DNA from: Priapulus caudatus
Lineage: Eukaryota
DNA: 54,974 nt
Assembly: GCF_000485595.1 (NCBI RefSeq)
Contig: NW_014577090.1
Coordinates: 734,322 to 789,295 of the forward strand
Reading direction: 5' to 3'
The notes under the pieces were generated by a model that saw nothing but the letters and a program-made list of their open reading frames with translations, made no database searches and had not been told where the DNA came from. Shown in pieces: positions 25,762 through 37,200 of this stretch. Position numbers and translations under genes: made by a program. Numbering within the stretch: position 1 is the stretch's first letter; every line of letters begins with the position of its first letter.

Positions 25762-27736
25762 CAGTAAAACTCACATAAGTTGACACTTTTGGGACCAGCA
25801 TATTTGTGCCAACTTACGAAAATGACGACATACGCGTAAGTCGTCATTTTGTCCACTTATAAGTTATAAGTAGGGCTCCCCTCCCAGGCGCCCGTCACCC
25901 CTACGCAGTCATAAACATACTCCACACACGGCGTAGGTTTGCGGCACATCAAGAGCAGATAATACACAAGAGTGCGGCACCCGATTCCCGCATTTGTAAC
26001 CGATTTTTCTCATCAAAATTTGCCACCAATAAAGAAGGAAGTGTATACGTTCCTCAGGCTTATTATGACCACTAATCACTCACCTTCATGAACTGATATT
26101 TGTTAACTATATTTGCTAGCGTATTGCTCTGTAAATCGTATTCTTGCACGAGCTGAATTCGATAAATTTACCGAAAAAATGGCGACTTGTTGGACGTGTT
26201 TAGACAATATTAGAAGCTATCGCTGCGCCAATATTTAGCAACGGACGGTTTCCAAATCATGCGTGCCCCGATAGGGGTTTAACGTACTTGATTACCTGCG
26301 CGCGCGTAATGTGATACTTACTGCAAACTACTACAGAGAATATTGCTATTATTATTATTACTTATGTAAGATAGTGCTAAGAATAAAATATTATATTGTA
26401 TAAAATATAATATTATTATATTGCTATTATTATTATTACTTATGTAAGATAGTGCTAAGAATAAAATATTATATTGTATAAAATATAATATTATATTGCT
26501 ATTATTATTATTACTTATGTAAGACAGTGCTAAGAATAAAATCACGTTCAAAACTAAAATGTTTTTTTTTAATAAGTACTAAGTAGCTGTGTCTGGTATG
26601 TGTTACGAGACGTTGTGTGTATGGGGGGAGGCATAGCAACCGTTGTTAGGTGGCCACAAACACGATCACCACACGTACACATTGCCGTGCGCTTGGCTGC
26701 GGTTCCTCACGAGATCAAAATTCGAAATTTAGATTCTCTCAACCCTATCGGGGCACGCATGATTTGGAAACTGTCCGTTGCTAAATATTGGCGCAGCGAT
26801 AGCTTCTAATTCTGTCTAAATACCTCGCAACAAGTCGCCATTTTTTCGGTAAATTTATCGAATTCAGGTCGTGCAAGATTACGATTTACAGCAATACGCT
26901 AGCAAATATATGTTAACAAATATCAGTGCCATGAAGGTGAGTGATTAGTGGTCATAATAAGCTGAGGAACGTATACACTTCCTTCTTTATTGGTGGCAAA
27001 TTTTGATGAGAAAAATCGGTTAAAAATGCCGAACTCGTGCCGCACTCTTGTGTATTATCTGCTCTTGGGCACATACATAGCAGACATGAAACAATTGGGT
27101 CTGTACATCGATCGACACCACTGGTGGCCATAATGCACGTTCAGCGTACGTAATAGCAGCAAACGCGGCACACGCTGGCTATCTGTAACACCCGCTGTTG
27201 ATTACACGTTTGGACATTGCAGGACATTTGCGGTGCACGCCTGCCAAATTTTCATGGAACACTTGCTGAAAAAATACGGTAATTCCGCAATGCTGTGCTC
27301 TGGAGCGAACTAGTTAGCATAGCAGAATTTTCAGGGAGTCACGTGGACTCCTGCATTATTATGTCAAATCAAGGAGTCCGGCAGTAAATCATGGAGCATT
27401 TGACTCCGGGCTCGCGTTAACTTCGCACCCTGCATTGGGCTGCATACACTGGGGAATCTGGGGGATGTGCGAGCTGAAAAATGCGAGCTGCGACAGCCCC
27501 TTGAGCGTACAGTGCGCGCGCGCTCCATTGGCATTTCTGATGACGACTTACAGATGGGAAATTACTGTTATTTGTATTACATGGGACCTGTCTGAGGGCG
27601 TCAACTTGTACATAATGACGACTTAGGAGGGGCTATTCCAATGGATTTAATACGAGAGAAAATCAGGACTTTGACTTCCATGACGACTTATGCGAATTTA
27701 CGAGTTAGACGGTGACGACTTATGCGAATTTTACTG
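25762..27736. mobile_element. pogo/Tc1-mariner-type non-autonomous element hosting a nested foldback
   Basis: TA-CAGTAAAACTCACATAAGT..ACTTATGCGAATTTTACTG-TA; sub-terminal GACGACTTA motifs. Confidence 0.75.
25950..27067. mobile_element. P-superfamily-like foldback (~325-bp arms, central ~70-bp AT-rich tandem repeat), 7-bp TSD
   Basis: CAAGAGCAGATAATACACAAGAGTGCGGCAC..GTGCCGCACTCTTGTGTATTATCTGCTCTTG; TSD GGCACAT; ~3 tandem units at 26340-26540. Confidence 0.88.
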
Positions 27737-28028
27737 TATAACTAATTTTTTGTCTTATTACCTGTATACAGAATGAAATAAATCCGAGTCAAATTGGAAT
27801 AACAAGTAAAATCATACTATTGTACCACCATTCGCAGTAGAACTAGATATAGCGAGATCTACATAGTGACTTATTCAATCAAGATTATACTATCAAAACT
27901 TGAAAATTCCAACGTAAAAAACTGTCCTAAAGTTTAGCTGTATGGGAACATATCTCTAGTTATGTGTAGATTATACATGAAATTATATAGTCACGGGTAT
28001 ATTTTGTTGCAGGACAAATGCTGCGAAG

Positions 28029-31000
28029 ATGCTGTACTTGCTAGGTGCTGTGACAGGACTATTCTTTCTGCTCCCTATATGTGTTGTGCTCATTCTTAGG
28101 ATATATTTATGGTTTATTGGACGGGCCAAACTGCATGGAATTCATGACAGTGAGTGTTTGACAAAATAGACATAGATTATACATGGACTTTTTTATGGAG
28201 AGAACTGTATCACTTCCGATAAATCAAAGTTTTCATAGATGCTTTTGCCTTCTATCATTTCAGGGGCGGATTCAGACCGTATTTGCCGTATTGGAAAATA
28301 CGGTCTAGATTTCAAAGTGCCCTCCGAAATTTTGCGCTAAAAAATACAGAAAACAATTTGATGGAATTTGGCAATATTCTTTATTTGTTTTCTTTTTCTT
28401 TTGATTCATTGACAGGACTTTAAAGGAAATCAAAATTTTACATGGTAACAAAACTAGCTTTGATATCTGAAAAAGAAGGGAAGTGCTTCAATCATTCTGC
28501 ATTAATTGCTGGTATGCAAAGCGCAGGCAAAACAAAGCAGAAATAAAATTCCATAATTATGGTTTTTAGCTATTGCTGCTTGACTAAATGTGTGCTCAAA
28601 TGGTGCTAATTTTTGTGCCCAGGGACCCTTGAAATTTTGACATTTCTTGGGGGAGGCCCCCCAGACCCCCCGCCATGTGCTTCCGCGCCTAACGGCACCC
28701 ACTGTGGGGTGGTGAGCCCTTAAAATCTGGAAAAATACTGTCTAGCTTCAGCCCTGGATCCGCCCCTGCATTTAAATATAAATGAATCTAAATCTATTTT
28801 ATATGGTAACCACAGATTTGTTATAGTTATCTCGATCGATACATTCAATGTTTTTAAAACTGCTGTAATTTTCTGTCATATATTGCATGATATTTCAGAT
28901 AACAGTAGGGAAGGGAAGGCTGTAGTGGTGGGCTTTTTCCATCCCTACTGTAATGCAGGTGGAGGAGGGGAAAGAGTTCTCTGGTGTGCCATTAGAGCTC
29001 TACAGCTCAGGTATGCATAGCAGTCCGTTCTCCCAACATCAGATTATTAGTATATATTTTCACATCAATTTAACATTGAAAAAACTAGGCATATATATAC
29101 ATTGTAAAAAAAAATCTGATTTCGACTTAAAATCAGGTGACTGCAAAATTTCTTTATACAATCCTGGTTTGTTCAAACTGAAACTTAATATACTGAAAGT
29201 AGTATTGAATATGTGTTTGCAAGTAATTGAAATCAGGCATAGCATGGGGAAGTCTTCCATGTATTTAATAATCAAACCACATATTCAGTTTCATAATAAA
29301 ATTAGTACATTCAAATGACGAGTTGCTAAGAATAGCGAAGGTATATGAATTCACAAATTATTTTAAGGATCTTCCTACCAATAGTACCATGTGCCAAATT
29401 CTTTATTAGAGTGCTCATGTGTGAGTTACCATGTGTCATTGCAAATCATCAAGTAATGGAGGCATACGAATTTACAATTACAACCTGCTATGCCAAATTT
29501 TTGTTAGAGTGATCATCATGTGTCATTACTAATCAGCAAATTCATCCTGTGATTAATAATTGTAAATGGTAGAGTGTAATCGCCTGTGATTAGTTGCAGA
29601 TATAAAATCTGAACTGTAATGTGTTTGCAGGTATAAGCATGTGCACTGTGTCGTGTATACGGGTGACACTGGTGCAACTGCGACGAGCATAGTACAGAAG
29701 GCAAAAGACTGCTTTGGCATCACTTTGCCGTGCACCGTGGAATTTGTGTTCCTAACCAGAAGACCCTGGGTAGAGGCTTCCAAATGGCCCCGTTTCACAC
29801 TTCTAGGTAATATTGCATGGTGCTATATAAAGACACATGTACGTCTAACTGTAACAAAGGTCAATAATTCTTTCAACTTTTCTGTAATATATTTAACTTA
29901 TGTACACGTGTGTTTATCCTAGAGTTTGTGTGCATGTACGTCCCATAATAATAATGCAATGACTTCTTGGTAGTTGAGACAACACACTACCATTCTACAG
30001 TATTGGTAATATCATATTGCTACAGTATTGGTAATATCATATCAGAAGTAGATAATATGGAAGGAGTGTGACTTCAATAAACAAGGGAAATTCGTTATTT
30101 ACTATCCTTAGAATACCTACGATTTACTATGCGTAACTCAACCAACTTGACCTCAAATCGTATACAGTACATTCGCCTAGCATCGTGCGAAATCGTTTCC
30201 TTGTATACACCCGCAATCCGGAGATACAGACTAAAACGTACGACGCGATTCTCCATTCTGTTGCCAGCAAACCGAATGTATAACCCGCCTAACTTGAAAC
30301 AAAAGGCAGCTACTAACAACTCTTGCGCACTCTTGTGCCCTCGGCGATGCGGTGTGGCTTGCTGGGAGATTGGAGCTGGAGCTGATGCTGATTGCGGTGG
30401 GCGTGCGTGCGTGGGGGGCATACCAGCTGTAAATAGGTCAAAGATTAGCTCGCCGAGTGTTGCGTCGATGTCCAATCTCCCAGCGAGCCACACCGCATCG
30501 CCGAGGGCACAAGAGTGTGCAAGAGTCGTTAGTAGCTGCCTTTTGTTTCAAGTTAGGCGGGTTATACATTCGGTTTGCTGGCAACAGAATGAAGAATCGT
30601 GTCGTACGTTTTAGTCTGTATCTCCGGATTGCGGGTGTATACGAGGAAACGATTTCGCATGATGCTAGGCGAATGTACTGTGATTTGAGCTCAAGTTGGT
30701 TGAGTTACGCGTAGTAAATCGTAGGTATTCTAAGGCTAGTAAATGACGAATTTCCCTTGTTTATTGAGGTCACACTCCTTCCCTATTATCTACTTCTGAT
30801 CATATGCAGTACCAGTAATATCACATTGCTGCAGTACCAGTAATATCACATTGCTACAGTATCAGTGGTATCACAGTGCAATAGTAGTTGCATCACCAGT
30901 TTTGTAGGGTATGCTGAATGCACATTCCATAATAATATGCTAGTTACAGGTTAGCTCTTGGTAATTGAGATGCTACAGGAGAACGGTCAGAGAACGTGAA

Positions 31001-32667
31001 CAGTCTACTGTAGGTCAGAGCATATGCATGAACATCCTTAGTTTAAAATATCAGCTCATCACCAGCATACTCATTGTCTCTGCTGCAGGTCAGAGTGTTG
31101 GCTCGATGTGGCTGGCATGGGAAGCCATGACGAAGCTAACGCCTGATATCTACATTGACACGATGGGTTACGCCTTCACCCTGCCCATGTTCCGGTACCT
31201 CGGTGGCAGCAGGGTCGCGTGCTACGTCCACTACCCAACAATCAGCACTGACATGCTAGCACGTGTCGCTGACCGCCGCCCCGCTCACAACAACGCAAGC
31301 TTCATCACCGACAGTGGCGCTCTCAGCCACGCGAAGCTCGCCTATTATCACGTGTTTGCGTGGCTGTATGGCGTCGTAGGGCGACAGAGCGATTGTGTGA
31401 TGTGTAACTCCAGCTGGACTGGTGGCCACATCCGTCAGCTGTGGGGCGTCAAGGACCGCATGCACGTCGTGTTTCCGCCATGCAGCACCGCTGAGTTCAG
31501 CGAGCGTCCCCTGGTGGCCGATGACGACGATGCACCGCGCACGATTATATCAGTCGCGCAGTTTCGTCCTGAAAAGGATCATCCGCTGCAGATTCGAAGC
31601 TTTGCGAGGTTCGTCGGCGGTGTTGGGAAACAGGAGCAGGATCGGTACCGCCTGGTGCTGGTGGGAAGCTGTAGAAATGCTGAGGATGAGGCGCGGGTGG
31701 AGCAGCTGAGACAGCTGTGCACGGAGCATCGCGTCGATGACCTCGTCGACTTCAAAATAAACATCCCATATGTAGAGCTGAAGCGTGAGCTAGGCAGTGC
31801 CACCATCGGCCTGCACACTATGTGGAACGAACACTTTGGTATTGGTAGGTATGGCTGGGGTGCATGCTCACCTCTGCAGCATGCTTAGAAACGTTCTTTT
31901 ATTGCTAAGGATATTTGTTGGACATTACTACAAAAATTCTCCAATGAATTTTCATTCGAGATTTTTTAGCATGAAATACAAAATTATTCCGATTGCTAAT
32001 ATCGAACGGAACCAACAAATAACTATCAATATTCAGTTTTTAAACATTGTGACAAGCATTCCCCCCGACTCCCTAGATAGATCTGCGCCCATCATGCTTG
32101 CTATATAACTAGATATTCCTCTTCTTCTATTGACATTAAACATGAAAGTTACTTGTCAAATCCTGCATGCAAAGTGATATGTACATGTTGGTTATTGCAA
32201 CCGGACAAAAATGTAAGTAAATTCTGAGTGTGGATGCCTTAATAAACCAAGTTTATAGACAGAAATCTTGGTCAGGGCCTCACAAGTTTTAACTATAACA
32301 ACAAAGGTTTGCAGTTGATTTTTGTCTGTCAAATTGTCATTCCCCGTTTTGGTGATTTCTAGGGGTGGTAGAGTACATGGCGGCAGGCACCATCGTACTA
32401 GCACATGACTCTGGCGGTCCCAAACTAGATATTGTAGTGGAGCATGATGGGAAACGCACGGGATTCCTTGCTGACTCCGAAGCCTCATTTGCGGATGCCA
32501 TGAAGACAATCTTCGCTCTCAGCCCAGGGGAGAGATTTGCAGTGCGGGAAAATGCACGCAGGTCCTCTATGCGATTCTCTGAGGACGTGTTTGAGGTCGA
32601 CTTTATGGGAATTATGGTTCCAATAGTTGAAGGAGTCCACGGACGATTGCATGCTCATGACCAGTGA
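28029..32667 (+). CDS. ALG11: GDP-Man:Man3GlcNAc2-PP-Dol alpha-1,2-mannosyltransferase (~489 aa)
   Basis: Exons 28029-28149, 28899-29010, 29631-29806, 31089-31844, 32363-32667 (1470 nt, phases consistent). N-terminal TM; motifs [54 protein letters not shown]. Confidence 0.97.
28261..28768. mobile_element. hAT-like MITE with 5-bp TSD in an ALG11 intron
   Basis: TIRs CAGGGGCGGATTCAG / CTGGATCCGCCCCTG; TSD CATTT. Confidence 0.85.
30043..30798. mobile_element. 756-bp P-like foldback element in an ALG11 intron, 7-bp TSD
   Basis: CAGAAGTAGATAATA..TATTATCTACTTCTG with ~330-bp arms; TSD ATCATAT; interrupts a 25-bp tandem array (TGCTACAGTATTGGTAATATCATAT). Confidence 0.88.
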
Positions 32668-32955
32668 TATATAGCTCAGCTCTCAATTGTACTTTAAATC
32701 GTGAATGCATACAGAATTAGGATGTTATGTTTTACAAAGTTTATCAATGTACTGAAGTGTAATGTGTATGCTGATTTTCCACATTTCCACATAAGGATGC
32801 AAAAGATATATTGTAATTGTTTTGTTCCTACAGAAAACAACATTTCCTTTCATGCATGCCTTATTCATTCATAAGTTGCATTCATTCATGCATGCATGCA
32901 TGTGGTGAATTAACTGTAATAACATGCACATTTCATTATTTCTTTTGTTTAATAT

Positions 32956-32961
32956 AATAAA
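32956..32961 (+). terminator. Candidate ALG11 polyadenylation signal
   Basis: AATAAA ~290 nt after the stop, followed by a T/GT-rich tract. Confidence 0.6.
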
Positions 32962-33237
32962 ACAAAAGTACTAGAAATAACTGTTTTCTTGTTTTGGGGG
33001 TTTTTTGTAACATATATTTCATAATATACAATATTGACCCTTTCTTGTACAGAATTATTCATTTTACTCACTTTCAACTGAGTTCGCATGCATTGTATAT
33101 ATACCTACTTCTTCAATTTCTTGATCTTACATCCCACCATAAACGTCATCTGTTCACTAGTTGGGAATCCCTTGCAAAGTCTCATTATAATAAATTTATC
33201 GCAGAATGGCTAATGGTAATGCTCTGTTTGGCCTTCA

Positions 33238-33661
33238 CATAGTTGCCAACCCTCTAGATTTTGGGCTTCATCTCCAGGTCACCAAATTAGAGCCGAGAAT
33301 CTCTAGATTTTCACCAGTCTTCTCACGAATTTATCAGAACCACCTCAACTGAATAATGTCAGTCTTTTCCTCATAGAATACGTAAGCGATTCTCTCATTG
33401 TCCTAAAAACATTTTTTATTATAAACATTTCGTCAACTCGTTCAAATTCAATGTTCATTCCGTGCACGGACATTCCCGTTTTACACATATACACATTGTT
33501 TTTTTAACCCTTTCAATACCCTATCGATGGATATCCTGTATATAGGATGGTTAGTGTTTTTAATTTTATATGTTTTTTTGCTTTTTTATGAAGTCTCTCA
33601 GCCTCAGGCTCAAGTGAAAAAAAATCTCCAGATGTTGGAAGTCCGAGGGTTGGCAGCACTG
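33238..33661. mobile_element. hAT-like MITE with apparent 6-bp TSD
   Basis: TIRs CATAGTTGCCAACCCTC / GAGGGTTGGCAGCACTG; flanks CCTTCA/CTTTCA. Confidence 0.7.
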
Positions 33662-34079
33662 CTTTCATTGCTGCTTTAATTCTATATTCGTATGATGTTC
33701 ATAAAAAAGATTAATTAAGCCACCAAGTAAAATTTGTTACACCATATCTACTAGACATTCAGCAACTACCAGACAATTATTATTAGTCTAGCAGCTACTA
33801 AACATTTATGAACAGTGTAGAACATTTTGTAGAACGTGCTTGAATAACGCGCATAATCTACGGTGGTTGAGTTCGGCTCATAGAGAAAATCTGGCTAGAA
33901 TTGAATTAAAGCAATATTATGTTGTGATATGGTTGAAATAGTCGTATCTTGAAAGAATCTCAAAAATAAAGCATAGCTATAATGAGCTTGAACATAGTAT
34001 TACACGTATTTATTTATTATTCGTTGTGATTTCCGATCTTTTGCAAATGAAGCGCGTCATTTTGCAGACTCCTTAGAAA

Positions 34080-34130
34080 TGTTCGCCCAATGCGCTTGCG
34101 CACAATAAGAATGCAATGGCGGGTAAACAA
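34080..34130 (+). promoter_or_regulatory. Candidate ubinuclein core promoter motifs
   Basis: CCAAT, NRF1-like TGCGCTTGCGCA (34091-34102) and ATGGCGGG about 100 nt upstream of the ATG. Confidence 0.35.
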
Positions 34131-34216
34131 GAACTTGTGAATGTGCAATATCTGTCATAAATGTGCGATTACCATCTACTATTGCGTGTGATGAGTGTCT
34201 GTTAGTCTCGTAGACC

Positions 34217-37200
34217 ATGGAGCCACCACGGAGAATCGATTTGCAGACCGTACCACAATCTCCTTCGCGTAAAAAGGAGAAAAAAGTGCGCCCAACGCTA
34301 CGATTCAATTTGACCATCGGCGAGTCGACGCTGGAAAGCTGTCCCGAAATCAGCTACACCGATCTCGTTAGAAAGGCTATGGTAAGAGGAGAAAATATGG
34401 CTACTCCTTCACTGTATGTACGGTACAGCATTCCGTGCCGGTATTCTAACATGAAGTAGGTTATTTTTCTTGTGCACGTTCATGCATGCTTCGCTGAGTG
34501 ACGATAAGTTCATTCAATCGTCCCGTCGTGTTTGGTTTTGCTACCGCGAACGCACCGCGAAAACGTGGAATTGCCGTGGCAGTGTCACGTTTTTTTTATA
34601 AATCTGTCATGCAACAAAGACTCGGTAGATGGAGGTGACGCCATATTTTCCTCCCATATTGATGTACAGACACGAACCCCTCTGAACGGGAAATCGGCTT
34701 TGCTCACCTCTTGGCGTGGGGTCTAAAATTTGTCTCGCTGGATAAACGAGTATAGCCATACCCGCAGCATAAGTAGCTTCGTAAAATAATGTGTCAGGTT
34801 TTGCCCGTGTATGGCAGCGACTTTCCCTATATAACCATGGGTATTTAGATACACGACCAGATATTTACAGAGCAGACATCTTGTGAAATGCATAAACCGG
34901 GGGGAGAGTCAGACAGTCTGCCATCATGTGGTGGCAAGATACAAGCTGAGGCCAATGACATGCATGCTGTAGTCACGTTTTGCAGTTGTGTGCGGTGACA
35001 GACGTTGCAGACGTGACTTTGACAGGCGTTTCCATTCACTGTTTGGCATCCATTTCGGTAAAATGTGTAAAGAATGCATGATGGATTCTCGATGTAGATA
35101 AGGGGGGAATGGTGCTAATTGTACGTGTACTGTACGTTAGGCTGCTAGCGTGGCTACCGACTGTTATTTTTTAATCCCTACGTCCTATGTCATAGATTCC
35201 GCATCGTACACGAATAGTATGGAGTCAGGAAATGTGCTGAAGTGTCTAAGAGTGTTTGCCAGTTATTCGTTTGATGCATCAAGGTTTCGGATAATTTAGA
35301 AACATTTTATAATCATGAAATTTAAAAAAAAGTTAACATTGTAAAAATAGTTTAAAATCCTGTTACATGCTGTTTGCGCAATGTGCATGCAGTTATGTGG
35401 GAAATAGTAACGCATGATAACCACAGACACGTGTGTGTTGTAGATTCATAAAAATGGCAATTCTGTATATTTATTATACTAATGTGTAATTATTTCCCAT
35501 TTGAATAATGCATCGATCTGTAGGAACAATGATATGATTTTGGGTACGATCGAGTTCATGAATTTTTTTAGATTTGACAGTTTAGAAAAGGTTTGAATGC
35601 ATCTAGTCAAACCATGTCCGCCTGGCCACAATGGGTCACTTAGCGACGTGGTCACGGTCACGGACACGGTCGGGACCAGAGGGTCGCTGCCATTTTGCGA
35701 GGTGCCCATAAGGGGTATACACTTGGCATGTGCTAGTTTAATGAATGGGGTGGTGGTGATGTGCGTATGCCCGTGTATCAGAGAATAAAGTTTGTATTGA
35801 TCCTAAGATGTGTATGTTTGACACGACAGCGATAGTCTCCTCAGCGAAGGTCGCCCGATCATCTTTGCTGGACGCTTGATTACGGCAAATTACCCGAGGT
35901 TTCTTTGTGTGTCCAGTATTCGTGTGGGTTGGCCCAATATATTAGGGGCATGGGGGTGTCACGTATTATATGCTGCCCAGTGCATGGAGGGCTGCGCAGG
36001 CAGGCGCACCAGCTGTTCGTAGGTGTGTAAGATGCACCCACCCCCACGCATTAACTCGGGTGCAGTGGTGGTGATTAGTGGGTGGGTTGGAATGTACCAT
36101 TTTATGCGGGTAGGGGTGGTAGGTTTTTGTGAGGGGCAATTTCTAAAACTTTGTATATCTCTTGTAGGGTTGATTGTTAGTTGTTACAATATCTAATCAC
36201 TACGGATTCAGTTATATCAGAGTATGATGAGATATAAACAAACGTAGCACAACAAGTTTCATGTTGATTACTCAGACATAATTTAAATTACTAATCAGTC
36301 ATGATGTGTTGTAAAATGTACAATTTTATACGTTAGCAATATAATTTACTTTACATGGATTTTTTGTTTTTATGTATAAGCTGCATTTTTAGTGTATTTT
36401 CATGTACAGTATAGAACTTAGAAGCCACAATATTATATATTTTTCAGAGTGGCTATATGCCCGGCAGCCGACATATATCTGACGGCTGCCGGGCACGGTC
36501 TTCGATTTCCTAAATGCCCGGCAGTTTTTAATTTTCAGCGTTATCTCAAGTAAACAAGGGTTAGGAACTGCCGGGCATTTAGGAAAACGAAGACCGTGCC
36601 CAGCTGCCGGGCATATAGCCACAGCGTATATTTATAGTTTCATGTTCATGCAATCAGAATCATGTGTGTATAATTATTCTAGCAAGTGAAACGAGTTCAT
36701 TTACAGTGACACATGTATTGTACATTATAGCCACAAGTCATTTTAAAATTATAGGGCTACTATAGTGTAGTTGAGTTCAGTCATATACTTATTCATGCCC
36801 CCTGCATATATATATATATCAGGAGAAGATAATAGGGAATTCCCTATTATCTACTCCTGATATATCGGTTATTAATATTAGTCACATGTCATCTACGTAA
36901 AAGGCCTAATTTAACAAAGAAATTATTATAATCGCGCTACGAATTTTACATAATTATTATGATTTTATGCATCTTATAAACGGTACCTTGAATGTCATTT
37001 TAATATATATACTTCTAGCCTATAGGCTAAGCATGTAAATAGCATTCCATTCATGCCTATTATCCTGGCAGTTGATCACTATTTTACAAGCATTTGATGC
37101 AATGCTCGCTCCTGTTTTGACTGATTTCTCACCACCTCGTGTTTCAGGGGCCAGTGGAGAATGGTGAGGAGGAGGCGTTTGCGGCACAGGATGCAGCAGC

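Noticed and set aside
27290..27432. Possible further hAT-like fragment ending GTTAACTTCGCACCCTG
   Set aside because: The other end is degenerate and no TSD was found.
30095..30714. Mirror-image ORFs on both strands
   Set aside because: A consequence of the foldback symmetry; no recognisable domain.
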